A model generated the notes under the pieces. It was not told the DNA's origin and ran no database searches. It saw only the letters and a program-made list of their open reading frames with translations. A DNA stretch of 64,000 bases. It comes from an uncultured Methanosarcinaceae archaeon (GTDB taxonomy: Archaea; Halobacteriota; Methanosarcinia; Methanosarcinales; Methanosarcinaceae). Shown in pieces: positions 40,391 through 51,343 of this stretch. Position 1 is the first letter of the stretch. Each line of letters opens with the position of its first letter. Location of the stretch: assembly GCA_963833425.1 (NCBI GenBank), contig CAWHXP010000008.1, positions 372,578-436,577 on the forward strand, in the 5' to 3' direction. The position numbers were made by a program, and so were the translations under genes.

Positions 40391-42088
40391 TTAGTTTTCA
40401 CTGTCAGCCAAACTCTTGTACGCAACTATAACATCTTGGACTGACTCGAAGATATAGTCTTTACCAATCATTTTTATGATGCCATCTTTATTCAGTTCAT
40501 TCATTACAGGCACAACTACATCACTTAGTACTAAAGTAATATCCCATTTTTTCAGTTGAGTATATACCTTTTTGAGTGCCTCTGCCGAGGTGAAATCCAC
40601 ATCGCCGATATTCGAGGCAGAAATACAAAACCATTTAAGTGCACGAGTATTTTCTGCAAGTGCAATTATTTCTTCTGTGAAGTTATTTTCGTTAGCAAAG
40701 TAGAGATTTGAGCCAAAACGATAGATAATCAAACCTTCAACAGCTTGCTGCTGTTCCGCGAGTGAAATTGTCCTCATACCACCTCCGGCATTTGGAACGA
40801 GCAGTAAGTTAAGCGGTCGGTAACTGTGGCGCAAGTGAGCGATGATCGAGAGCATAATAGCTATCTCAATGCCCTGTTCAACTCCAATAAATATAACCGT
40901 CATAGCTGTTATCAAGGCGACGACGAATTCGACAGGCCGTTGTCTGTGAAGAGCAGTCATACCTTTGATATCGACAAGGTGCAAACCAATGAGTAATACC
41001 ACTGATGAAAGTACACATGTGGGTAAATAGGCTAATGGCTGGGTAAGAAATACCAAAACTATCAAAACAGTGAAGACTGTTGTAAGCTGGGTAAGTTGAG
41101 TATACCCTCCGACACTTTTAACCATTTCTGTTTTAGTTGGACTCCCATTAACCACGAAAGTACCTGATATACCTGCTGCTACATTAGCAAAGCTCAATCC
41201 AATGAGATCTAAATTTTCATTATAAGTGTCTGAGAACTTCATAGCATAAGCCCGAGAAGTTGCAGCACTCTGGGCAAGGATGACAATAAAACAAGCCACT
41301 GATGTGTTAAGGATCTTCGGGATATCAGACAATGAAACTTGGGGAAAAGAAAGATGTGGCAAACCACCTGGTACTGTGCCAAGTATGGTGATACCATAAG
41401 AAGAAAGATCTAATGCCCAGTTTACAGCGATTGCACCAATCATTGCTAATAGTGCACCTGGTACTTTGCTGTGGATCTTTCCACTAAGAGTAATTATCCC
41501 AATCACAGATAAAGAGACCGAGAGTGTGGGAATATTTGTAAGATACAGATATTTGAACAAATATGTGATCTGCATAAGTGTTCCATATGAACCGTGAGGA
41601 ATCCCGAGTACTTCACTAAGCTCTGAGATTGAGATTTGAATGCCGATGCCTGTGAGAAGTCCTATTAGAACTGTGTGAGAAAGAAAATCAGCGAGAAAAC
41701 CGAATTGAAGTAGGCCTCCGAAGAGTAACAAGGCGGCTACAAGAAGGGCGATCATACCAGCATATGCAACATATTTTGTTGATTCGGGAGTAGCTATTGT
41801 CACCAATAAACTTGCCATAATAGCTGCCGTTGCGGAATCAGCTCCAACGGCGAGATGACGGGATGAACCAAAAATAGCAAAAGCTAACATCGGCAGCAGG
41901 ATTGTATATATTCCAGTAACTAAAGGCATGCCTGCAATCTTAGTGTACCCCATGACCTCTGGGATAGCAAGTGCTGCGAATGCGATCCCTGCAGTGATTT
42001 CCCAGGGTACTTGTGCAGGTTTAAGCGGCAAAACTCCCTGAAAAAGGGGGAATTTAAGGGATCTTTTAGGATTTTGTGTAGGTGACAT
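40391..42088 (-). CDS. SulP/SLC26 anion transporter with STAS domain
   Basis: AIPEVMGY, FGSSR, FLS-TVL-G-TG-G, GTVPGGLP, LYFAN STAS segment, DVDFTSA. Confidence 0.95.
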   Translation of the reverse strand: MSPTQNPKRSLKFPLFQGVLPLKPAQVPWEITAGIAFAALAIPEVMGYTKIAGMPLVTGIYTILLPMLAFAIFGSSRHLAVGADSATAAIMASLLVTIATPESTKYVAYAGMIALLVAALLLFGGLLQFGFLADFLSHTVLIGLLTGIGIQISISELSEVLGIPHGSYGTLMQITYLFKYLYLTNIPTLSVSLSVIGIITLSGKIHSKVPGALLAMIGAIAVNWALDLSSYGITILGTVPGGLPHLSFPQVSLSDIPKILNTSVACFIVILAQSAATSRAYAMKFSDTYNENLDLIGLSFANVAAGISGTFVVNGSPTKTEMVKSVGGYTQLTQLTTVFTVLIVLVFLTQPLAYLPTCVLSSVVLLIGLHLVDIKGMTALHRQRPVEFVVALITAMTVIFIGVEQGIEIAIMLSIIAHLRHSYRPLNLLLVPNAGGGMRTISLAEQQQAVEGLIIYRFGSNLYFANENNFTEEIIALAENTRALKWFCISASNIGDVDFTSAEALKKVYTQLKKWDITLVLSDVVVPVMNELNKDGIIKMIGKDYIFESVQDVIVAYKSLADSEN

Positions 42089-42571
42089 ATTCGATATAAT
42101 CTAGTCATATAGTGAATCAAGATTTCCAAGATAAGGATCAAAATTTAATTAATTTAAGTCGAATTTTATTGTTTTTTTAAATTTGAAAAGAAGCCGAAAA
42201 AATTAAAAGGACTTCGATTTTAGTTTTTTTCTCAAGTGTTTCTGTAATTGTTTTCAGGATTTTTATTCTGGAATAGTGCTTGTCATTTGATCCCACAACA
42301 GTCCATTGAGTATTGAATGGTGCTTGTTTTATGAAGCATCTCATCAATAGCAATATTATATTCTTCTCATTTGCTCCGATTTAGCCAGTCTTCATCCATT
42401 ATTTTCCAGCTTTTTTCAGGATCATTTTGCCCCCTTCTTTCATTCTTTCTGCGTTAAACGAAGCGAGGCCGCCGTCGATATCAAGAACTTTGCGTTATGG
42501 AGACAGACTTTCCAAAGCTCACATGACATATATTCAGCCTTATTCCATCCCATGAAAACACTTCTATTATT

Positions 42572-43465
42572 TTAAATTTCTAGGCCGTTGTTCTTCCTAT
42601 CTGGTTTGAATCTGGAGTGCTGCAAGTCCAAAATTTCTCTCAAAACTGCAGGTATTCCCTCTACAATATCCTCGGCAATCAATCCGGGGCCGTTCAGTGT
42701 GGCAATCCGCCCGTGTATCCATGCGGAGGCAGCAGCAGCCTGAAAAATCGGCATTTTTTGCGCGACAAGGCCGAGAATCATCCCCGCCAGAACATCACCC
42801 GCGCCTGCCGTTGCAAGCCACGGCGGAGCGTTATGGTTAACTTGGGCGTCACCATTGGGAGAAGCGATAACTGTTTTGGCCCCCTTCAACAAAACAATGC
42901 ATCCGGCGCGTTGAGCGGCGGCAAAGGCCCGCGAAGGTTTATCTCCATCTATCTCGCCGAACAATCGCATAAACTCGCCCTCGTGCGGAGTCAGCACGCA
43001 ATCGGTGTGCAAGGCTTGAAATAATATTTCCGGCGTGTCCGCAAAATTGGTCAATCCGTCCGCATCCACCACCGTCGGACGCTTGGCTGCCAAAGCCATC
43101 ATAACTTCTGCTTTTTGCGCGGAACCAAGGCCCAGACCAGGGCCTATTAGAAGAGCGGGCTTACGCTCATTGTCGACCAATAACTGCCACTCTTGCGCCG
43201 TGTCGCAGAGACGAACGATTACACTTTCCAGCGCCTCGGTGTAGATCGACAAAGCGACTGCTGGAGAGGCTAGCGTCACGAGTCCAGCGCCAACGCGTTG
43301 CGCTTTGCGGGCTGCTAAACGCGCCGCTCCTGTCATAACCGCTCCCCCGCGGATTAATGCTGTGCCTCGGCTGTACTTATGGCTGTCGGCTTGAGGAAAA
43401 GGAAAAAGACTTTTCCAGACTTCTGGCGTGTTTTCATAGACCCTGCTCGGCGAACGGGCATTCAT
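42572..43465 (-). CDS. nnrD: ADP/ATP-dependent NAD(P)H-hydrate dehydratase (stand-alone YjeF C-domain), GC-rich
   Basis: HKYSRG, MTGAARL, GAGLV, IGPGLG, VVDAD, LTPHEGEF, LLKG, LATAGAGDVLAG. Confidence 0.92.
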   Translation of the reverse strand: MNARSPSRVYENTPEVWKSLFPFPQADSHKYSRGTALIRGGAVMTGAARLAARKAQRVGAGLVTLASPAVALSIYTEALESVIVRLCDTAQEWQLLVDNERKPALLIGPGLGLGSAQKAEVMMALAAKRPTVVDADGLTNFADTPEILFQALHTDCVLTPHEGEFMRLFGEIDGDKPSRAFAAAQRAGCIVLLKGAKTVIASPNGDAQVNHNAPPWLATAGAGDVLAGMILGLVAQKMPIFQAAAASAWIHGRIATLNGPGLIAEDIVEGIPAVLREILDLQHSRFKPDRKNNGLEI

Positions 43466-43559
43466 TTTTCTCGTCAGATTTTTCTTCAGCTTTTGGTCTG
43501 CCTCATAAAACTATTTTGTTTAAATAATGAACTTAAAAATGATACGGAAAAATTTTCAA

Positions 43560-43720
43560 TCAATTGAGATATCAATTTCAGTAAGTTTGTCTCCAGCTTA
43601 CTAAAGAGATTTCATTCTTCTTTAAGAACAAAATCAGGAAGAGTTTTCATTAGTATAAATTATTTTTAAGATATTACAGCTTTCAAATACTTAAATACGT
43701 AGGAATTTATCGGAATTCTC
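43560..43720 (-). mobile_element. Truncated IS5 left end with start of the transposase
   Basis: IR ATTTATCGGAATTCTC followed by TATA; MKTLPDFVLKEE is homologous to MKTLIDFALKEE of IS5 copy 1. Confidence 0.65.
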
Positions 43721-44272
43721 TATAGTATGTAGATGCATCTCTTTAACTTTTTTATTTTCCCCATGTCTTCAGTTTCTTTTTGATTATCGTTGTCAAATTC
43801 GTTCATGCCTAAACTTAATCATTGTAATACTTTTAGATATGCACTTATTTATTATAGATAGTAGCCACAGATTTTCGCACAAAAACGGTGCATTTTTTCA
43901 GTTTTAGTCGAAATTATAAGACATTTTTGATTAAATTTGAGAAATTTATATTTAACTTTTGATAAAAAAATTAGTATTAGTTCCCGTCTTTTAAAATCAA
44001 TATCTTGAGGATTTATTAATATTTGCTTACGTTTTTCCTTCTAAAGTTTGCAATCCGAAACTGTGGACTCCGCATGGAAAACGCTCAATATATAGGGATT
44101 ATTATTAGTTATTAAATTCTTGAAGTGAAGCTTTGAAAAAAACTAGGTATTATACGCGTTTTATTGTTGATTACATTTGTCTTCGTATCCATCTGCATAG
44201 CCAATAAAGAAAGCGCATCCACTAGTAAAAGTGAAGCTTGAAAATCATCTGTTGGATCAGTACATTTAGAGC

Positions 44273-46801
44273 TCAAAATTTTGTTCTTTTGTAAAAAAAT
44301 GTCTTTATTATTTCAGCTGCAAGAATGTATAGCCCTACTATAATCCCAATTATTAAGATAACTGAAATTGGAAGTGGTTTGAAGCCAAGCGGGGCTGCAA
44401 AAGAAGTAAATGGAATGCAAAGTGTCAAGACACATGTCAGGAGGGTGGCTACTAGTAGGTATTTCCCAGGTTTGCTTCTGAAGAAAGGTTTTCTGCTCCT
44501 AATTACCAGAACTATCATGGATGCTGAAATAACGGATTCAACAAACCAGCCAGTTCTGAATTGCTCTGTCATACCTGGTAGGAGGAAGAGTAGAACACCG
44601 AAAGTCAAATAGTCAAATACAGAACTTGTAATGCCAAATACCATCATAAACTTGCGGATGAAACCTATATCCCAGCGGTGTGGCTCTTCGATCAATTCCT
44701 TATCCACAGAATCCGTAGCTATAGTCATCTCCGGAAAATCAGTTAATAAATTGGTTAGTAGAATCTGCGTGGGCAACAGAGGTAGAAAAGGCAGGAAAAG
44801 TGATGCTCCTGCCATGCTGAACATGTTCCCAAAATTGGCACTGGTAGCCATGAAGACATACTTCAGGGTGTTGGCAAAGGTTTTTCGTCCGCCCTTTACC
44901 CCCGCAACAAGAGCATCCAGGCTTTTTTCTAGCAGCACAATATCTGCAGCTTCTTTTGCAACGTCTGCAGCACTATCAACAGAGATTCCTACATCTGCTG
45001 CATGAAGAGCAGATGCATCATTGATGCCGTCTCCTATAAATCCAACGACATTTCCGCTTTTCTTGAGAGCAAGAATAATATGCTCTTTCTGATTAGGCTC
45101 TACCTCAGCAAAGATATCAGTATCTTTTGTCTGCTTTATCAAGGCTTCACTGCTCATCTTATCAAGTTCGCTTCCGGTTATAACTCTGGAGTTCTTAAGC
45201 CCGATCTCCCTGCTGATACTGGCAGCTACATATTTATTGTCTCCGGTGATCACTTTCAGAGAAATTCCAAGTTTTTCCATGTTTTCTATCGTATTCATAA
45301 TCCCCTGCTTAGGGGGATCAGAAAAGAAAAGAAATCCCAGAAAAGTCATATCGATTTCATTCTCCTTTCCTATAACCTTCTGCTGTCCCATTTCCCTGTA
45401 CGAAATCCCAAGAGTACGAAGCCCTTTTTCACTGAACTCTTCAAATTGCTGCTCAATTGTTTTCTTCAAATCTGAAATTTCTACGATCTCTCCAGGTTCA
45501 ACCTCTGCTGAGGAGCAAATTTCAAGAATATTCTTGAGAGCGCCTTTAGTAATCATAAGATTCATATTGCTTTTCGAGACAAGGATGCTCAATCTTTTGC
45601 GCAAGAAATCATAAGGGATTTCATCCAGTTTCTCATACTGGGCCAGATCAAATTTATTCTGTTCGAGAATTGCCCTATCGATTGAGTTTTCAAAGCCTTT
45701 CTGGTAAGAGGCATTAAGGCTGGCATAAAGGAGGACTTTTTCATTCTGATTTCCTTTGAGATCCTGAGAAGAGTGAAGTTGCAGCTCTCCTTCGGTCAGA
45801 GTGCCGGTCTTGTCGGAGCAGAGCAAATTCATGCTTCCAAGGTTTTCAATGGAAGCTAGTCTCTTGACGATAACTTTCTTTTTCGCCATCTCTCTTGCTC
45901 CGTGGGAAAGATTAACGCTGATGATTGCAGGAAGGAGTTGAGGAGTCAGTCCAACTGCAAGAGCAAGCGAGAAGAGAAAAGATTCCAGAATCGGGCGCTT
46001 AAGATATACATTGATCACAAATACAGCTAATACCATCAGCATCGTAACGTCCATCAGGAAATGTCCAAAATTTGAAATTCCTTTTTCAAATTCTGTTTCC
46101 GGGGGTCTGAGTTTTAATCTCTCTGATATTTTTCCAAACTCAGTTTCCTTCCCTGTGGAAACTGCCAGCACTTTTCCGCTACCACTGACTACACTGGTCC
46201 CCATCCAGAGAGAATTTGTGCGCTTCGCGAGAGGGGTTTCTGCGTTCAGCACTCCGGCTACTTTTTCTACTGGATAGGTCTCTCCTGTGAGAGTCGCTTC
46301 ACTAACAAACAGATCTTTTGATTCTAGAATTAGACAATCTGCAGGTATAATATCTCCAGCGTTGAAGATTATTATATCTCCAGGAACAATCTCGTCCACA
46401 GAAATTTCTTTCTCTTCCCCATCTCTAAGCACAGCAGCCTTTATCTGCACCTGAGCCAGCAGTTTTTCAAAAGCGTCAGCAGCTCCTTTTTCCTGCCAGA
46501 AACTCAGCAGACCACTGATCAGGATAATAATTACAATAATTACAGTATCTGTGACATCTCCGAGAAAAAAAGAAAGTCCAGATGCAAAAATAAGGATAAG
46601 AGTAATTGGACTCTTAAATTGGGACAGCAGAAGTGTGAGGGTATCTGATCGTTTTTTTGGTTTAAGAATATTAGCTCCATACCTATTAAGACGTTCACGG
46701 ACTTCTGAACTTTTCAGACCATCAGTTGTTGTTTGGAGTTTTTTCAACATATCGGATGTAGAAATACTCCAGAATTCGAGCTTTTTCTCATCATTGACCA
46801 A
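44273..46801 (-). CDS. mgtA: Magnesium-transporting P-type ATPase
   Basis: LTGE, AVGLTPQLLP, CSDKTGTLT, TGD, GDGIND, SANFGNMFS, FRTGWFVES. Confidence 0.92.
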   Translation of the reverse strand: MVNDEKKLEFWSISTSDMLKKLQTTTDGLKSSEVRERLNRYGANILKPKKRSDTLTLLLSQFKSPITLILIFASGLSFFLGDVTDTVIIVIIILISGLLSFWQEKGAADAFEKLLAQVQIKAAVLRDGEEKEISVDEIVPGDIIIFNAGDIIPADCLILESKDLFVSEATLTGETYPVEKVAGVLNAETPLAKRTNSLWMGTSVVSGSGKVLAVSTGKETEFGKISERLKLRPPETEFEKGISNFGHFLMDVTMLMVLAVFVINVYLKRPILESFLFSLALAVGLTPQLLPAIISVNLSHGAREMAKKKVIVKRLASIENLGSMNLLCSDKTGTLTEGELQLHSSQDLKGNQNEKVLLYASLNASYQKGFENSIDRAILEQNKFDLAQYEKLDEIPYDFLRKRLSILVSKSNMNLMITKGALKNILEICSSAEVEPGEIVEISDLKKTIEQQFEEFSEKGLRTLGISYREMGQQKVIGKENEIDMTFLGFLFFSDPPKQGIMNTIENMEKLGISLKVITGDNKYVAASISREIGLKNSRVITGSELDKMSSEALIKQTKDTDIFAEVEPNQKEHIILALKKSGNVVGFIGDGINDASALHAADVGISVDSAADVAKEAADIVLLEKSLDALVAGVKGGRKTFANTLKYVFMATSANFGNMFSMAGASLFLPFLPLLPTQILLTNLLTDFPEMTIATDSVDKELIEEPHRWDIGFIRKFMMVFGITSSVFDYLTFGVLLFLLPGMTEQFRTGWFVESVISASMIVLVIRSRKPFFRSKPGKYLLVATLLTCVLTLCIPFTSFAAPLGFKPLPISVILIIGIIVGLYILAAEIIKTFFYKRTKF

Positions 46802-47031
46802 TAAGCTGTCTCCTTATTTCTACTCGGTTACCGGTATATAGATAAGTTGCATTTTAGCATAGTGATCATTACTTTCACAAGCCTTTTGGATATTGACTGC
46901 ATTGAATTGAGGACTTTTTTACTTTTACAGAAAACTATGTGCATTGCCATTATTATCAATTTTAAAAAAAATAAAATATTTTACTAAAGAGTTTACTCCC
47001 TAGTAAAGCCTAATTTTGTTTTGGTCTAACT

Positions 47032-47520
47032 TCATTCTTCAGCAAAAGTTGCACGCAGCTTATCTTCTTCTTCCTTTGACAGGTTAGAGGCAATGAGTTC
47101 GAACTTTGTTTGTTTCATAGCTTCTACTACCTTATCTTCAACAGCGTCGCTAGTCATTAGAAACAAAGCTGAAGTGCCTTCAGTTACTTTGCTACGAATA
47201 GATTTTATGAAATCTTCATCAATTCCAATATGTTTCATTGAACCCACTACCGCACCTAACGCAGCCCCAGCGACCAAGCCTAATAAAGGAATGAAAAATA
47301 TCAAGCCAAATAACATACCCCAAAAAGCACCACTCAGTGCACCTATACCGGCTAAATCAGTCAAATGTTTTGTTTTTGGTTTCTTTTTTCCCACAGGCCA
47401 GGTGACTATAGCTGCATCTTGTAGTTCAATCAGTTGTTTCTTACTTAAATTTTCAATTATTTCAAGTTCATTTTCGGCACCTTTAGTGGTGTCAAACTTA
47501 AGAACTGTTAAAGTTGTCAT
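47032..47520 (-). CDS. DUF1269 membrane protein
   Basis: DAAIV-WP, GAFWGMLFGLIFF-P, GIDEDFI, GTSALFL. Confidence 0.88.
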   Translation of the reverse strand: MTTLTVLKFDTTKGAENELEIIENLSKKQLIELQDAAIVTWPVGKKKPKTKHLTDLAGIGALSGAFWGMLFGLIFFIPLLGLVAGAALGAVVGSMKHIGIDEDFIKSIRSKVTEGTSALFLMTSDAVEDKVVEAMKQTKFELIASNLSKEEEDKLRATFAEE

Positions 47521-47729
47521 TACACAATCTCCTTTTCTGCTTCACATTTATTTCTAGGTTGGTTTACCGTACCATCCGTTGTATAGATTTTCTTACTAGA
47601 TATTATTTAAAAATAATTACTTGCCTAATTGTATATTGTGACTTTTACCGAATTAACTAAATAAAGTGAGCAATATTGGTTGGAGGACACATAAACAGAA
47701 AAATAAATGTGAACTCAGAAAAGGAGATT

Positions 47730-48122
47730 AAGAATTGCAATTTTAAGTTCTTAAATTTGACGCCACTTATGGTGCCGAAAATGAACTTGGATTAATTGAG
47801 GAGGATTTCGATAAACCTCTGATTTCAACAAATTGCTTATATACCTTTTATAAACTATTGCCAAAAAGTGGGGTTTATCTAAATAGTCTGAGAATTTAAG
47901 TAACAACAAATGATAAATGACCCATTTGGGTATTAATAAAGATTTCATAAAATGTATCCGCAGCAAGGTAACTGAAGGCACATAAGCTCTCTTTCTTATG
48001 ATAAGTGATGCCGTAGAGGATAGAGTAGTAGAAGCTGTGAAACAATCCAAGTTTGAACTCATCGCTTCTAATCTGTCAAAGGAAAAAGAAGAAAAGTTGC
48101 GTGTAACTTTTGCAGAATATAA
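47730..48122 (+). pseudogene. Inverted paralog of the DUF1269 gene, disrupted by a MITE, an internal deletion and a stop
   Basis: VLKFDATYGAENELGLIE|NLS and GINKDFIKCIRSKVTEGT*ALFL...ELIASNLSKEKEEKLR. Confidence 0.8.
47801..47888. mobile_element. 88-bp MITE with IS5-type ends (copy 2)
   Basis: Near-identical to 18268-18355; TGAG target duplication. Confidence 0.9.
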
Positions 48123-48307
48123 AGTTCGCTAAATGAATAATGGTTATATCAGGGAATGAACTATTTGAAATCATTTTAGATTTTTTAGAATTGATGCTAA
48201 AGGTAATGCGCATATTTTTCTGTATTATCGCAATTTGAATCCCGAATGACGGGAACAACTCTTTTTTAAAAAATATCCGTAGCACGATCAAATTGGAGAA
48301 AACAAAG

Positions 48308-49057
48308 ATGTATGTACCACGGAAACCATGGCATGTTTCACTGGTAATATTTGCATTTTGGATGAGTTTCATAGTTGTAGGAGGACTTTTAGAGATTAAG
48401 GGGCATCACATTCAACTTGAAAAATTGGTTGAAAGACAAATCATGCTTGGGGAGCTAGTTGAAATTGTCTTTTTGACTGGATTTATTACTTATTTGAGAT
48501 GGTGGCCTAAAGTTGGGTGGAAAAGGCAAAATAATTTGCGAGATTTACGCTTGTTGTGGCCACCGACCCTATCGCTTCTATTCATGCTACTGATCGTATT
48601 ATATGCAAATCTACCCTCAACAAGGGTTCTTTTGATTGTAATCACCAATACATTGATGGTAGGAATCAGCGAGGAATTGATGTTTCGTGGCATCTTGTTC
48701 TATGGAGCTTCATCATCATTCGGGATCTGGCGTGCAGTATGGATCACAGCAATTATTTTTGGTTTAGTCCATATATTGAACAGCTTAATCACCGGAGATT
48801 TTGGAGCGAGCATACTACAGGCTTTTTTTGCAGGTACGTTTGGTATCTGGACTGCAGCTTTGCGAATCCGTCTAAACACAATTATTCCGGTAATCATAAT
48901 TCATTGGTAGTGGGATTGTCTGTCATTCCTGGCAAATTCCATCTGGGATCTAGCATTGCTTCCTCTCTCTCTGTTGCTTTTCATTTATGGTCTCTGGTTA
49001 TTACAAAATTATCAACGCGGAGAAATCGAATTTCTAAGCAATCAGGAAGCTAGTTAG
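48308..49057 (+). CDS. CPBP (CAAX/Abi) intramembrane protease with in-frame TAG at 48908-48910
   Basis: EELMFRG, FGLVH, IIIHW(TAG)WD; frame stays open for 48 codons after the TAG and includes a hydrophobic helix. Confidence 0.75.
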
Positions 49058-49323
49058 TCATTATCTGAGTGCTCACCAACCCGGCCAGTAAATGTTGTTA
49101 TTGTTGGTCACGCCGTGCAACAGTTGATGCAAACGGCGTCACCAACTGGTATTCAACTATATCAGAAGACTTCACGCTAATCTATCACGTTACTCGACAT
49201 ATTGTACCGATTAAGGATGACAAGCTCTTATAAGCGCGGAAACAATTTTCCCCCTCTGTGACAAACGGAACATGAGAAATTCAACTGACTGAATAAGATA
49301 AACGATTGCATAAAGAGAAAATC

Positions 49324-50160
49324 ATGGACACCACAACGGAAATCCAGCCACCTATACCACGGGCTCGGCAAAATGCCTGGCTAAAAGTTTTAGCCATTGC
49401 GGTAGATTTCTATATTCTCTTGCTGGCAGCCTTGCTACTACCGGATAATTCAAATCTGTTCCCAAACTTGGTGATGGTCTGCGCTTTACGGTTCCCGTAG
49501 CCTACGTAGCGTTTTTTTACGAGCGCAGGTATTTAAGCCAACTGACATTGTTAACGGTCGCACAGGTTTTCATGCTTGGAGGACTGCTAGGGATCTTAGC
49601 CGATTCTCTTCTGGAACCATTTTTATCCGCCACTTGGATTCTATCTCTATTCTAAAAGTAGGGTCGATATAGGAATTTGCCAAATTCCTAGGAGTACTGC
49701 TGATTACACGCTACTTGAGGAGTGAGTCGGAAATGGACGGTTTGATCTTGGACGCAGCGGTTTGAATGGGATTTGCGGCCCTGGAAAGCAACGGTTATGC
49801 CTTTACAGCCTTCTTGATAAGCAATGGAAGTATTTCAACAACAGTGATAATGACCTTGATCCGCGGTCTGCTTTCCCCACTCTGGCAAGGAACCTGGACG
49901 GCGATTTTATTAAACGTGCTGTTCAGGGAAAGCAGGAATTGGCGATTCCGGATTAATCTACAAGTAATTGCCGCTTACATTTTCGTTTCAGTTCTGCATG
50001 CAATGTGGGATTGGCTGCCGCAGATAATTACTCCCATATTTGGTCATGGTTAGATGTGATCATTGCCGAGAGCGTAGTCGGTATTGTTGGATTAGTTGTT
50101 CTCTGGTTGCGCCGGAGAGAAGCGATCAGGTTGCAAATTTTTTTCCATCAGAAACAGAAC
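49324..50160 (+). pseudogene. PrsW-family intramembrane metalloprotease, fragmented
   Basis: I*EFAK, MDGLIL-AAV*MGFAALES-GY, R-LLSP, VLHAMWD over several frames. Confidence 0.75.
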
Positions 50161-51343
50161 ACATTAGTACCTAAAAGAAAAAATATAGGAAGTTGGAACA
50201 TCAACACAAAATTGTTATAAATATACATAAGGTTCAGGATATAAAGTCAAATATGACAAATCGCATTATTGTCGAGGGCAAGATTAGCAGAATGCTAATA
50301 CTTCTTTAACTTGGATAGACCTTGATGGATGCAGTCTAAACTGCGTGTTTCTACAGACTAAGACATTAAAAAATAATGATTTAAATGGGCAGAAGAACCG
50401 TCTAGTATTAAATCATAATTTTACAAATCAGATCTTAATTTTGGTAATCTTGTGATTCAATAAAGATTGCCTTTGGAATTATAGTAATGCTTAGTCTATT
50501 AATTTTTACACAAACTATATCTAATTAGGCTTGCCTTTCCAAAAAAGCATATCCATTTAGCAGCCAGTAATTTAGAGCCTCCGAAAAGTCACTAATGTTG
50601 TATATCTAAATTATGGTAGACTCATGATATTGAGTAGCTGCACTGATTGTGCAAATTGTCGTTTGTGAAAGCTACAGTAAGTCACAACACTTGCTGATAA
50701 TATTTTAACAGGAATTGAATATGTTTTCGAAGTCTGATCCCAAATGAAAAAAGAGCAGGGCAAATTACTCATTTTAGGATGCTAATATGCAATTACCATC
50801 ATTTCCGTATCTTTAATAAGTAAATATTTTATTGAATCGTTTGCTAAAGGAACAAAGATAAAATAATGAGCTACTGTACCAAGGTATAATCAAGTGGTAA
50901 AAATGCAAGACCCGACTACCAACAATGGAGATTACACCTACAAATATTATATCCATTATTATGGTCATTAAAAGTATTCTGCTCAGTAAAGTTCAAAAAA
51001 AAATGACCTTTTTCTCTCACCATGAACGTAGCAAGAACTCCAGAGAAAATAGCGTCTCAAAAACAAAATTATTAAATTATGGTATTGTATTGGAATCCAA
51101 AATAAGGTAAGTAGAGATATTTTCGACAATTAAAGTTTTTTAAAATATAACAGGCTCTTTGTCTTTTCCTTTCATTGCAAAAAAACAGATAACGAACCTA
51201 TAGTCATGCTAACAAAGAAACTTATCAAAATTAAATGTAAAATTTGAAAAATAGAAATATTTTATGACAAATGTTGTTATCTCAGTAAAGGATGGTATTT
51301 ATTGATATTCTTGTGATGTTTTTAGAAATAATTATAAATTATA

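Noticed and set aside
46802..47030. Possible M-box (Mg2+) riboswitch upstream of mgtA
   Set aside because: No ykoK consensus; region is short and AT-rich
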